DNA of 64,000 nucleotides from contig CAWKLN010000042.1 of assembly GCA_963850465.1 (NCBI GenBank), positions 45,856 through 109,855 on the forward strand. The letters run 5' to 3'. Position 1 is the stretch's first letter. Each line of letters begins with the position of its first letter. Origin of the DNA: an uncultured delta proteobacterium (GTDB lineage: Bacteria > Desulfobacterota > Desulfobacteria > Desulfobacterales > UBA5852). A program made the position numbers and the translations under genes. The notes under the pieces are model-generated. The model was not told the origin of the DNA and searched no databases. It saw nothing but the letters and a program-made list of their open reading frames with translations. Positions 20,402 through 29,731 of this stretch are shown here, piece after piece.

Positions 20402-21586
20402 ATGAACGTTTTTCGAAATCTATTCGAAGTCCTGCGGCCCCGGTTCGAAGAAGGGGGACGCTTCCACAAGCTGTATGCTTTCTACGAGTCCATCGAAACC
20501 GTTTTTTTCGGGCCTGTCGAGCGCACGCAGGGCCTTCCCCATGTACGCGACAGCCTGGACGTCAAGCGCTTCATGATGCTGGTGATCGTGGCGCTGATCC
20601 CGCATCTTTGCTTTGGCATGTATAATGCCGGCTACCAGTCCCGGCTTGCTTCGGGGCTTTCCATCGATTTTCTACCGGTGATCTGGAGCGGGATCTGGCT
20701 CGTGTTGCCCATGGTGATCGTCACCTACGCTGTGGGGTTTGCCTGGGAAATTCTTTTTGCGGTTGTCCGCAAGCACGAAATCAGCGAGGGCCTGTTCGTG
20801 TCCTGCATGCTGTTCCCGCTGACGCTCCCCCCCGGGACCCCGTTGTGGCAGGTGGCCCTGGGGATTTCCTTCGGCATCGTGATCGGCAAGGAGGTCTTCG
20901 GCGGCTCCGGGCGCAATTTCCTGAACCCGGCCCTGACCGGCCGCGCCTTTCTGTATTTTGCTTACCCGGTCAGCCTTTCCGGCGATCAGGTCTGGACCGT
21001 GCTCAGCGGCGCGCGTGACACCGTCGTCGACACGTTCACGGCCGCAACCCCCCTGTCCGTATCGGCTTCCACGCCGGCCAGCCAGACGGTGGAAGAGACG
21101 CTCAGTTCGGTCGGCTACAGTGCGCTCAAGCTTTTGGGCGGGCTTTATCCGGGCAGTGTCGGCGGCACGTCGACCCTGCTGTGCATCTTAGGCGCCATGT
21201 TTCTCATTTTGCTGGGCATTGCCAGCTATCGGATTATTCTGGGCGGCGTATTGGGGGTGCTGTGCACCGGCTTTTTCCTGAATGTAATTGCCGGGCCGGA
21301 TTCCGCGCCTTTTCTTTCTCTCAATCCGTTTTATCATCTCATCATGGGAGGATCGGCGTTCGGTATCGTATATATGACCACCGATCCGGTATCGGCCACC
21401 CACATGAAGCAGGTCAAGTGGATTTATGGGTTTATGTGCGGCATGTTGACGGTCCTGATCCGGGTTTTCAACCCGGCCTTTCCCGAAGGGGTGGGGCTGG
21501 CGATCCTTTTCATGAATCTCTTCAACCCGCTGCTGGATCACATTGAAGTGCAGATTCGCATGCGGCGAAGGATTCCCAATGTCTGA
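20402..21586 (+). CDS. nqrB: Na+-NQR subunit B
   Basis: PHVRDSLDVKRFM, KEVFGGSGRNFLNPAL, FMN site TAAT, TDPVS, PAFPEG. Confidence 0.92.
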   Translation: MNVFRNLFEVLRPRFEEGGRFHKLYAFYESIETVFFGPVERTQGLPHVRDSLDVKRFMMLVIVALIPHLCFGMYNAGYQSRLASGLSIDFLPVIWSGIWLVLPMVIVTYAVGFAWEILFAVVRKHEISEGLFVSCMLFPLTLPPGTPLWQVALGISFGIVIGKEVFGGSGRNFLNPALTGRAFLYFAYPVSLSGDQVWTVLSGARDTVVDTFTAATPLSVSASTPASQTVEETLSSVGYSALKLLGGLYPGSVGGTSTLLCILGAMFLILLGIASYRIILGGVLGVLCTGFFLNVIAGPDSAPFLSLNPFYHLIMGGSAFGIVYMTTDPVSATHMKQVKWIYGFMCGMLTVLIRVFNPAFPEGVGLAILFMNLFNPLLDHIEVQIRMRRRIPNV

Positions 21587-21733
21587 CGACTTCGAAAAAA
21601 GCCCAATATCGGCGTTGTGCGGCCTTCCTGTCACTGCGGCGTACGACCCGTACGCCTCGCTTCTCGGAACTTGCCCGCCTTGCTCTTGAACTTTTTACGA
21701 ATCCGTCTGGATAGCGACTTTTACGGTGTCTTC
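21585..21733. mobile_element. MITE/REP-like palindromic element, copy 1, with target-site duplication
   Basis: Ends GACGACTTCGAAAAAAG / CTTTTTACGAATCCGTC plus a second degenerate right end; core GCGGCGTAC-N4-GTACGCC; flanked by AATGTCT at 21578-21584 and 21734-21740. Confidence 0.75.
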
Positions 21734-21734
21734 A

Positions 21735-22472
21735 ATGTCTGACGGGGTAAAAACCATCCTGTTCGCGACGGTTCTTTGCCTGGTCTGCAGCCTTCTGCTG
21801 ACGCTGGCCTCCACCGGTCTCAACGCCTTCCAGCAGGAAAACGCGCGGGTCGACCGGCAGAAAAATATTCTGCAGGCGGTCGGGGTGGTGGCACCGGGGC
21901 GCACGTATCCGGCCGATGAAATCAAAGCGCTGTACCAGTCGGCCATCCAGTGCATCTCCATAAACGCCGAAGGCCAGGTGCTGTCGGCCGAGGCCGCGCC
22001 GGAAAAGGCGATGCCCTTATATCTCTACCTGCAGGACGAGCAGGTGCAGGCCTATATCGTGCCGGTGGACAGTCGCGGTTTGTGGGGCCGCATCTACGGC
22101 TATCTGGCGCTTGATACGGATGGCAGCACCGTGACGGGTTTTTCCGTTTACCAGCATGCCGAAACCCCCGGCCTGGGGGGCGAGATAGAAAACCAATGGT
22201 TCCAGCGCAACTTTGTGGGCAAACGGATCGTGGACACGGCGGGCGATTTTGTTTCGATCAAAATTGCCAAGGGCGCCGTGAAAAATGTGATTCGCCAGGA
22301 TCTTCAACCCAACTATGTGGATGGCATCAGCGGGGCCACCATGACCGGCAAATTTCTAACCGAAGGTCTGCAGGGCATTCTGCAAACCTATGAGCCCGTG
22401 TCCGTTCATTTTCGTACCCAGGGCATGCTCAAGCTCCCGGAGAACGCACTCGTATGTCAACCGCCATCGTAA
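21735..22472 (+). CDS. nqrC: Na+-NQR subunit C
   Basis: N-terminal [31 protein letters not shown] (FMN Thr). Confidence 0.92.
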   Translation: MSDGVKTILFATVLCLVCSLLLTLASTGLNAFQQENARVDRQKNILQAVGVVAPGRTYPADEIKALYQSAIQCISINAEGQVLSAEAAPEKAMPLYLYLQDEQVQAYIVPVDSRGLWGRIYGYLALDTDGSTVTGFSVYQHAETPGLGGEIENQWFQRNFVGKRIVDTAGDFVSIKIAKGAVKNVIRQDLQPNYVDGISGATMTGKFLTEGLQGILQTYEPVSVHFRTQGMLKLPENALVCQPPS

Positions 22473-23086
22473 AAATCACGCGCACGCAAACCTACCGCAC
22501 GGTGGCCGATGCGTTGTGGCAGAACAACCCGATTTCCAAACAGGTGCTGGGTATCTGCTCCGCCCTGGCCGTGACCGTTCAAATGAATACGGCCATTGTC
22601 ATGGCGCTGGCGTTGACGTTCGTGGTGGCCTTTTCCAACCTGATCATTTCCCTGATGCGCAAGATAATCCCCCGCAATATCCGCATTATTGTGGAAGTCG
22701 CCGTTATCGCCACCCTGGTGATCATTGCCGACGAGGTCCTGAAGGCCTTCATGTTCAATATCAGCAAGCAGCTGTCGGTTTTTGTCGGGCTGATCATCAC
22801 CAACTGTATCGTCATGGGGCGGGCCGAAACCTGCGCCATGTCGAATGCGCCCTACCCGGCCTTTGTGGATGGGTTGGCCAACGGGATCGGCTACGGCTCG
22901 GTGCTGGTGGGCGTGTCATTTTTCCGGGAACTCCTGGGGGCGGGGAAGATCCTGGGATTCGATGTGATCCCCCAGGCGTTCTACGACATGGGGTACATGA
23001 ATATGGGCCTGATGCTGCTGGCACCGGGAGCCTTTATCGTGATCGGTCTGTTTGTCTGGCTGGAACACGCCCTTCTGAAGAGCTGA
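22454..23086 (+). CDS. nqrD: Na+-NQR subunit D
   Basis: [35 protein letters not shown]. Confidence 0.93.
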   Translation: MSTAIVKITRTQTYRTVADALWQNNPISKQVLGICSALAVTVQMNTAIVMALALTFVVAFSNLIISLMRKIIPRNIRIIVEVAVIATLVIIADEVLKAFMFNISKQLSVFVGLIITNCIVMGRAETCAMSNAPYPAFVDGLANGIGYGSVLVGVSFFRELLGAGKILGFDVIPQAFYDMGYMNMGLMLLAPGAFIVIGLFVWLEHALLKS

Positions 23087-23097
23087 GTTTTAACGCC

Positions 23098-23706
23098 ATG
23101 GAAAACCTGATCAGCATTTTTGTGAACTCGGTCTTTGTCGGCAATATCCTGCTGGCCTATTTTCTGGGCATGTGCTCGTTTCTGGCGGTCTCCAAGAACC
23201 TCAAAACTTCGCTGGGACTGGGGGTTGCCGTAGTTTTCGTGCTCACCATCACCACACCGGCCAACTGGCTGATCTATCGTTACCTGCTGGCGCCGGGCGC
23301 CCTGGCCTGGGCCGGGCTGCCCGAGGTGGACCTGAGCTTCCTGAAGTTGATCCTGTTCATTGCCGTTATCGCCGGGATCGTCCAGATGGTGGAGATGGTC
23401 ATCGACCGCTACTCGCAGGCTTTATACAACGCCCTGGGGGTCTTTCTGCCCCTGATTACCGTCAATTGTGCCGTGCTGGGCGCATCCCTGTTCATGGTGG
23501 AACGCGAGTACACGTTCCAGGAAACGGTGGTATACGGCGCCGGCTCCGGTATCGGATGGATGCTGGCCATTGTTTCCATGGCCACGATCAAGATGAAGCT
23601 GCGCTATGCCGATGTGCCCGAAGGGTTGCAGGGCTTCGGCATCAATATGATTACCACCGGTCTGATGGCGATGGCCTTCATGTTGTTTTCCGGCATCACC
23701 ATGTAG
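23098..23706 (+). CDS. nqrE: Na+-NQR subunit E
   Basis: [38 protein letters not shown]; ATG at 23098 within track ORF 22390..23706. Confidence 0.93.
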   Translation: MENLISIFVNSVFVGNILLAYFLGMCSFLAVSKNLKTSLGLGVAVVFVLTITTPANWLIYRYLLAPGALAWAGLPEVDLSFLKLILFIAVIAGIVQMVEMVIDRYSQALYNALGVFLPLITVNCAVLGASLFMVEREYTFQETVVYGAGSGIGWMLAIVSMATIKMKLRYADVPEGLQGFGINMITTGLMAMAFMLFSGITM

Positions 23707-23853
23707 CGCGCGCAGCCACAACGGGGTCCGATGATGCGATGGCCTTTCTGTAGCGCGCTTTCCGAAGAACCATTTCAGCCCGGTGCGTGCGTTCCACGCA
23801 GGCGATTTTTAGAACGACACCTGGGACAGTTTCCAGGAAACGGGGGATACCCA

Positions 23854-25074
23854 TTGATTTATCTCATCAGTACGACCGTGTTTCTGGCGGTGATCCTCCT
23901 GCTGGTGGGGATGCTGCTTTTTGTGGAAGCCCGGGTGGTGATCAAGGGGGACCGCCGGATCATCATCAACGATGATGACGACAAACAGATTACCACGCCC
24001 CTTAACAAGACCCTGCTGGCATCGCTGCTGGACAACGACATCCTGATTCCCTGCGCCTGCGGCGGCAAGGGGACCTGTGGCACCTGCAAGTGCCAGGTGG
24101 ATGAAGGCGGCGGCGATATTCTGCCCACCGAGTTGTCGCTGGTCAGCCGCCAGGAACGCCTCCGCCATGTGCGCCTGGCCTGCCAGCTGAAAGTGAAGCA
24201 GGACCTGAAGATCCGCGTTCCGGAAGAGATCTTCAACATCCAGAAGTTCAATGCCACCGTGGTCTCCAACGACAACGTGGCCACCTTCATCAAAGAACTG
24301 GTGCTGAAACTGGACCCGGGGGAAGCGGTGGACTTCAAAGCCGGGGCCTATATGCAGATCGATGTGCCGGAATACCAGGCCGATTTTGCCGATTTTGCCG
24401 TTGCCGACGCCTACCGGACCGCCTGGAAACAGTTCAACTTCCTGTCCCTCAAAGCCGGAACGGATGTGCCGGTCAACCGGGCCTACTCTCTGGCCAATCC
24501 GCCTTCGGAGAAAGGCCTTCTGCGGTTTACGATCCGGATTGCCACACCACCGCCCGGGCAGATGGACCTGCCGCCCGGCGTGGGATCCTCCTATGTGTTC
24601 AACCTGAAACCGGGTGACCGGGTGGTCCTGAGCGGTCCCTACGGCGATTTTTTTGTGAAGGACACCCCTCGCGAGATGTGTTTCATCGGGGGCGGGGCCG
24701 GCATGGCACCCATGCGCTGTCACATTTTCAATCAATTACTGGACCTGGGCACGGACCGCAGGGCGACCTTCTGGTATGGCGCGCGATCGTGCCGGGAGAT
24801 GTTTTACGACGAGGAATTCAAGGATCTGCAGGCGCGCTTTCCCAATTTCAGCTACCATGTGGCCTTGTCGGAACCCCAGCCGGAAGACCACTGGGAGGGG
24901 CCCACCGGTTTCATTCATCAGGTCGCCCACGACCTCTACCTGAGGGACCACGAGGACCCCACGGAGATCGAATACTATCTCTGCGGCCCGCCGATGATGA
25001 TCAGCGCCGTCATGAGCATGCTGGATTCATTGGGGGTTGAGCGGGATATGATCTCTTTCGACGACTTCGGCTAA
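23854..25074 (+). CDS. nqrF: Na+-NQR subunit F
   Basis: 2Fe-2S motif CGGKGTCGTC...LACQ, RAYS, GGGAGMAPMR, YYLCGPP, DDFG end; TTG start inferred. Confidence 0.93.
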   Translation: MIYLISTTVFLAVILLLVGMLLFVEARVVIKGDRRIIINDDDDKQITTPLNKTLLASLLDNDILIPCACGGKGTCGTCKCQVDEGGGDILPTELSLVSRQERLRHVRLACQLKVKQDLKIRVPEEIFNIQKFNATVVSNDNVATFIKELVLKLDPGEAVDFKAGAYMQIDVPEYQADFADFAVADAYRTAWKQFNFLSLKAGTDVPVNRAYSLANPPSEKGLLRFTIRIATPPPGQMDLPPGVGSSYVFNLKPGDRVVLSGPYGDFFVKDTPREMCFIGGGAGMAPMRCHIFNQLLDLGTDRRATFWYGARSCREMFYDEEFKDLQARFPNFSYHVALSEPQPEDHWEGPTGFIHQVAHDLYLRDHEDPTEIEYYLCGPPMMISAVMSMLDSLGVERDMISFDDFG

Positions 25075-25145
25075 AAGCCTTTAAAATGTCTTGGCGCCAT
25101 CTCTGCGTTGGGCGATCGTTTATAGTCGACGGTGTTCCACCGGCC

Positions 25146-25269
25146 GATCCGCAATGCTGCACATACTCGAGTATGCTCCGCTTGAGGATGACAACAATCT
25201 CATCTCTCGTTCTGGCGCGTGTTGCAACACGATACGCAATGCGTCACATACGAGTGTATGCTCCGCTTG
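25146..25269. repeat. Two 39-bp REP-like hairpin units (CATAC-N4-GTATG core)
   Basis: 25146-25184 and 25231-25269 match at 33/39 by manual count; copy 2 sits in a longer inverted repeat (GCAACACGATACGCAA / TTGCATATCGCGTTGC). Confidence 0.7.
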
Positions 25270-25367
25270 CATATCGCGTTGCGCCTTGCCCTGAAACGCG
25301 ATCTAAGGTTTGGCTTCCCCGTTTATTCCAAAACCATCATTTTCAGCAAAAAAACCGGAAAGTTGAT

Positions 25368-25700
25368 TTAGAAACCGCTTTTTTCCGGTGGGCGCCGTTC
25401 GGGGACGAAGTCACGGTCGATCGTGCCGTCGTTCCAGGCTTGGGAGACATAAAGGTTGCAGTAACAGCTCCCGAATTCTTCGACATCCGGTTCGCGGTAC
25501 ACACAGGGGCAAATGATGTCCTGGTCGCTCTCCCGGTCGCCGGAGGCCAGGCGACAGGGGCAGACCATGTACCCGTAACGGTCCTTGTTCTTCAAAAGTG
25601 CTTCGAGCAGTTCCAGGGTGCGGTCCCGGTCGGCATTGAAGAAGTAACCCTTGGCCGCCTGTATTTTTTCAAGCATCGCATACAGCTTTTCGGCATCCAT
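25368..25700 (-). CDS. Ferredoxin:thioredoxin reductase catalytic subunit
   Basis: CPCR...CPC...CYCNLY motif set. Confidence 0.9.
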   Translation of the reverse strand: MDAEKLYAMLEKIQAAKGYFFNADRDRTLELLEALLKNKDRYGYMVCPCRLASGDRESDQDIICPCVYREPDVEEFGSCYCNLYVSQAWNDGTIDRDFVPERRPPEKSGF

Positions 25701-25954
25701 TACAGGCCCAGCGCCTCCTTGATTTCCTTTTCTTTATAACCGACGATCGTTTTATCGCCGATGATGATGGTCGGGAACGAACAACGTTCATTGACGGCTT
25801 TGACTTCTTCAATCATGGCCTTGCGCTCCTCGCCCTCGAGCAGATCGACATCGACGAAATCGAATTGGAGGGTGCACTCATCGAGAAATCTCTTGGTGGC
25901 TTTGCAATGGCTGCAAGTGCTCAAGGAATAGACTTTGATCGGTTTGTCGCTCAT
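25700..25954 (-). CDS. Glutaredoxin/NrdH-like protein
   Basis: YSLSTCSHC, SFPTIII; stop overlaps the FTR start. Confidence 0.88.
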   Translation of the reverse strand: MSDKPIKVYSLSTCSHCKATKRFLDECTLQFDFVDVDLLEGEERKAMIEEVKAVNERCSFPTIIIGDKTIVGYKEKEIKEALGL

Positions 25955-26037
25955 CTATGCACATCCTTTCACTGGGAGGGATACAATCGCAGAGAATGCG
26001 AGGGGCGTTTTACAGCCCCGTATGCGTCTCGTGAATA

Positions 26038-26229
26038 TTATAATTGTGGCGTTCTTTCAATGCCAAAATCCATCGTATGACGGATCGAAAGCAGGATGGG
26101 CTTGTTTTCGCTGCGGGCTTTGGTTAGGGCCTCCGGCCCCCAGGGATACCAATTGACCGGATTGGTGGCATGCTGCTGGAGGTAGGGGCTTTTCTCATTG
26201 ATCAATCGGTTGGTCTGGGATGCAGGCAT
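26038..26229 (-). pseudogene. 5' stub of a YyaL/SPATA20-like thioredoxin-domain protein
   Basis: [39 protein letters not shown], then similarity stops just before the expected GYSxCHWC; there is no room for the rest of the gene. Confidence 0.8.
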
Positions 26230-26300
26230 GGTTGATTCCTTAAGGTGCGTATCCCGGGCGTTCGGGTCCGAATTTGATTTCATTGGTTGGCGGTGTCAAA

Positions 26301-26343
26301 GTGTATCGTGTTTATAATGATACACAAGTGTCTTGTGTAGACA
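26301..26343. promoter_or_regulatory. Inverted-repeat operator candidates
   Basis: GTGTATC-N11-GATACAC (26301-26325) and TGTCT-N5-AGACA (26329-26343); related half-sites recur at 26624-26652. Confidence 0.45.
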
Positions 26344-26575
26344 AATCGATCCATCTTGGTGCTTGACACGGTGAGGGCTTTAACGCTAAGCATAATAGGA
26401 ATAGTTATCATTTTAAGCTACTGCGCAAGGTTAGGAGATCCGTTCGGCCAATCATTCTACCGGGTCCAAGACAAATTGACTTCTCGACGCACGGCAGTAT
26501 GTCTGTCGCAACGGACGTTCCGCCCTTGGCAATGCGACCAGCGGGCATCCCTTTTTATTCGCTAATTATTTGTTA

Positions 26576-26593
26576 TTGTTAGTCATTTAACAA
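26576..26593. promoter_or_regulatory. Rex-like 18-bp palindrome upstream of cooS
   Basis: TTGTTAGTCATTTAACAA versus Rex-type TTGTTAA-N4-TTAACAA. Confidence 0.55.
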
Positions 26594-26828
26594 TAGCAGG
26601 AATCGTCTTCATCCACGTCTTGGGTGTATCAGACGAATGTCTCAAGATACGATAAAAGACAGTTGTGCGTGCCAGCGGAGAGACAGGGCGCGACGGCCCA
26701 AGGGGAGTTATCGAATCGCTCCAAAAGTACAGAATTATCCATATAAATTAAGGACTTTTCATCGATAAACGGTCATGCTGTATTGGGAATTCGCTTCCCA
26801 ATCCATCCAGATCCGATAAAATTCACGG

Positions 26829-26846
26829 TTGGTCTGAAACTTGCTT
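26829..26846 (+). promoter_or_regulatory. Sigma-54 (-24/-12) promoter for cooS
   Basis: TTGGTCTGAAACTTGCTT; GG at 26831-26832, GC at 26843-26844. Confidence 0.6.
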
Positions 26847-27064
26847 TAATTGTTATTTCGCTCCCGGATCTTTTTTCTGCTGATGTTGTACAACTTTTTC
26901 TAAACTGTGTTCTCTGATGTCGGCGCCATGAATCCCAAGGGTGTTTGTATAAACCCAACATTTTGATTGTATCCCACGGCAAGACGTGAGGACATCCAAA
27001 TCATCTTTAATCAACAAGGACGCTAAACTGGCAATTGCCACCCGCTTTTTGGAAAGGAGCCAAA

Positions 27065-29032
27065 ATGGAAAAGACCAAAACCGTCTCCAAGAAGGAGATT
27101 GTCACCAAAGACGTGACCATTTGCGAATCCACCGCCCAGATGCTCGAAAAGGCCAAACGGGATGGTGTCGAGACCGCTTTCGATCGTGCCGCCAACATGA
27201 AAGCCTGCCCGATCGGTGCCAATTCCGCCTGCTGTAAACACTGCGCCATGGGGCCCTGCCGGCTGAATGCCAACGCGCCCTACGACAAGGTGGGGGTCTG
27301 CGGCGCCACCATCGATACCATCATGGCACGCAATTTTGGCCGCATGGTGGCGGCCGGCGGGGCGGCGCACACCGATCACGGCATGAGCATGCTGGACCTG
27401 TTCCGCGATGTGGTGAACGGCAAGATTGTGGATTATGAAATCAAGGATGTCCAAAAACTGGAAAGCGTGGCCCAGTCGATCGGTATCGAAACCGAGGGCC
27501 TCAGCGTCAACGAGATTGCTACCGCCCTTTACAAAGAACTGGAAAGGACCTACGTCCAGGTTGAAGGGGAAATCCCCTTTGCCAAACGGGTTCCGGCCAA
27601 AACACTGGAAACCTGGCGCAAACAGGGCATCGTGCCGCGTGGCGCCATGCGGGAGATCATGGAACTCATGCACCGCACCCACATGGGGGTGGACCAGCAC
27701 TACGAGAATATCACCAAACAGTGCAGCCGCACGGCATTGGCGGACGGCTGGGGCGGTTCCATGGTGGCCACCGAGATTTCCGATATCCTTTTCGGTACGC
27801 CAACCCCGGTAGCGGTCGATGTCGACATGGGCGTGCTCAAGGAGGACCAGGTCAATATCATCGTCCACGGCCATGAGCCCAACCTGTTCGAGTCCATGCT
27901 GGTCTCGGTCACCGATCGCATGCTGGTCGACAAAGCCAAGGCGGCCGGTGCCAAGGGTATCAACCTGGTGGGCATGTGCTGCTCCGGGGCCGAAATGCTG
28001 GTGCGCCACGGCATTCCGCATGCCGGCAACTTCATGTCCACCGAGGCGGTCCTGGTGACCGGGGCGGTGGATGCCATGTGCGTGGATGTGCAGTGCATCA
28101 AGCAGGGACTTGTGACCGTGGCGGACTGCTACAAAACGCCTCTTTTCACCACCAACCCGCGTTGCCACATCGAGGGCGCCGAGCATGTCGAGTTCCATGA
28201 GCATGCTCCGCGGGATTGCACCGACGCCATGGTGGTCAAGGCCATTCATCGTTTCAAAAACCGCACGGCCGAAATCGAAATTCCCAAAAACACCCACGCG
28301 GGTGTGCATGGTTTTTCCCACGAATACATCAACTACATGCTGGGCGGCACTTTTCGCGGTTCCTACACCCCGCTGAACGACAATATCATCAACGGGCGTA
28401 TTCGCGGAGTGGCCGGGGTCGTGGGCTGCACCAACCCACGCGTCAAACAGGACTGGGTGCATGTCGAACTCGTCAAGGAATTGATCAAGAACGACGTCCT
28501 GGTGCTGCAGACCGGCTGTTCGCAGATCGCACTGGCCAAGGCCGGCCTGTGTACCCCGGAGGCCGCGCACCTGGCCGGCAGCGGACTCAAGGAAGTGTGT
28601 GAGACCGTTGGCATGCCGCCGGTGCTCGGCATCGGATCCTGTGCCGATAACAGTCGGATTTTGATTGCCGCCTCCGAAATGGTCAAGACCGGTGGTTTGG
28701 GCGAGAGCATTGCGGATCTGCCGGTGGCCGGCGCCGCACCGGAGTGGATGAGTGAGAAAGCCATCTGCATCGGGCAGTACTTTGTGGCTTCCGGTGTTTT
28801 CACTGTGTTTGGCGTGACCTTCCCGATTGTTGAAGGTACCAAGTTCCACAAGCATCTTTTCAAGGGGCTTGAAGAACAAGGGATGGGCAAATGGGGCTTC
28901 ACCCCGGATCCCTACGAGATGGCCCGTATGATGATCGCCCACATCGATTCCAAGCGCAAAGCGCTCGGTATCGATAAGGCCCGCGAGCGGGTTCTGATGG
29001 ACATGACCGACCGTCAGCAATTGTCGGCCTAA
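27065..29032 (+). CDS. cooS: Anaerobic Ni-Fe carbon-monoxide dehydrogenase catalytic subunit
   Basis: D/B-cluster CPIGANSACCKHCAMGPC...CG; C-cluster ligands HGHEP, GMCC, DVQC, VGC, TGC, GSC; MSEKA; AAGGAG RBS. Confidence 0.95.
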   Translation: MEKTKTVSKKEIVTKDVTICESTAQMLEKAKRDGVETAFDRAANMKACPIGANSACCKHCAMGPCRLNANAPYDKVGVCGATIDTIMARNFGRMVAAGGAAHTDHGMSMLDLFRDVVNGKIVDYEIKDVQKLESVAQSIGIETEGLSVNEIATALYKELERTYVQVEGEIPFAKRVPAKTLETWRKQGIVPRGAMREIMELMHRTHMGVDQHYENITKQCSRTALADGWGGSMVATEISDILFGTPTPVAVDVDMGVLKEDQVNIIVHGHEPNLFESMLVSVTDRMLVDKAKAAGAKGINLVGMCCSGAEMLVRHGIPHAGNFMSTEAVLVTGAVDAMCVDVQCIKQGLVTVADCYKTPLFTTNPRCHIEGAEHVEFHEHAPRDCTDAMVVKAIHRFKNRTAEIEIPKNTHAGVHGFSHEYINYMLGGTFRGSYTPLNDNIINGRIRGVAGVVGCTNPRVKQDWVHVELVKELIKNDVLVLQTGCSQIALAKAGLCTPEAAHLAGSGLKEVCETVGMPPVLGIGSCADNSRILIAASEMVKTGGLGESIADLPVAGAAPEWMSEKAICIGQYFVASGVFTVFGVTFPIVEGTKFHKHLFKGLEEQGMGKWGFTPDPYEMARMMIAHIDSKRKALGIDKARERVLMDMTDRQQLSA

Positions 29033-29062
29033 TTCGTAAATCAGTTACAGCAAGTCAAACGG

Positions 29063-29098
29063 CAGGCGGAGCGTGGTATCAGCTCCGCCTGTTTTTTT
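29063..29098 (+). terminator. Rho-independent terminator after cooS
   Basis: CAGGCGGAGC-loop-GCTCCGCCTG followed by T7. Confidence 0.85.
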
Positions 29099-29189
29099 GG
29101 CATCTCCGGCAACCGAGTGGCGTTGTCGCGAATGTCAACGATGATTATGTTTGCGTCTATTAAGCTGGCATCTAAATAAACAAACCACG

Positions 29190-29233
29190 GTCATCCCGGC
29201 GGATTGCGACCCAGCCTCCGCCGCCGGAATGAC
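29190..29233. repeat. Short REP-like inverted repeat
   Basis: GTCATCCCGGCGG...CCGCCGGAATGAC in intergenic DNA. Confidence 0.45.
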
Positions 29234-29323
29234 AATATTTGGGGAATAAATTGCCAGAGCGACAATAAATTTCTAAGCTCAATTTAGTTTTTTGACTGTT
29301 CAATTAGCCCGAAAGGTACGGTT

Positions 29324-29677
29324 ATGATGACGCTGGAAGAATTACGCGGCAATCAGGCGATTATCGACGAAATTGACTGGAATATGACACCCGAAGAGGC
29401 GGTACGGCTTTACCTGGAGTGGGGGAACAACTGGGCCCGCGGTGACGGGTATGTCATTGCCTCCAAAGGCGACTACACGACCTATTTTGTCGTCAACTGC
29501 TGGCGCCGGCCGTATACGATCTACCTGATCAAACGGAATTCCGATGAAGCCAAAGAACTGGCCCAGTTTGAGTTGCCGGCCCGTTTTGAAAAAGATGTTT
29601 GTGAGTTGAAAGGCGTATACGCCCTGGACAGCGACGTGAAAGCCTGGCTGCAGGAGCAACTGGGCGTCAAACGATAG
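29324..29677 (+). CDS. DVU0772-family protein
   Basis: IDWNMTPEEAVRLYLEWGNN...YFVVN.W signature. Confidence 0.75.
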   Translation: MMTLEELRGNQAIIDEIDWNMTPEEAVRLYLEWGNNWARGDGYVIASKGDYTTYFVVNCWRRPYTIYLIKRNSDEAKELAQFELPARFEKDVCELKGVYALDSDVKAWLQEQLGVKR

Positions 29678-29731
29678 GCGGCTTCGCCCGCTCAGGCCGC
29701 CAGGGTGGGGTCAGCTAAGGCGGTTGCCGTT

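Noticed and set aside
21687-21689. In-frame TGA between the duplicated nqrC start codons as possible selenocysteine or readthrough
   Set aside because: It lies within a repeat element, the extension has no NqrC similarity, and no convincing SECIS follows.
22390-23097. Long N-terminal extension of NqrE (also track extensions of NqrF, citrate synthase, MesB-like protein, MoxR and Tpx)
   Set aside because: Extensions overlap neighbouring genes or repeats; homologous starts, most with an RBS, lie downstream.
25146-25269. Possible mini CRISPR array (39-bp repeats, 46-bp spacer)
   Set aside because: Only two imperfect units, variation sits in the hairpin loop, no cas genes or leader; better explained as REP-like elements.
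26850-27064. Long cooS leader as possible Ni/Co or other riboswitch
   Set aside because: No recognisable aptamer consensus or terminator by eye; an Rfam/Infernal scan would be needed.
27023-29020. 665-aa antisense ORF over cooS (similar long antisense ORFs over cysK, nfnB, the bEBP genes and LtaS-2)
   Set aside because: Shadow ORFs typical of high-GC codon bias; no motifs, while the sense proteins are unambiguous.
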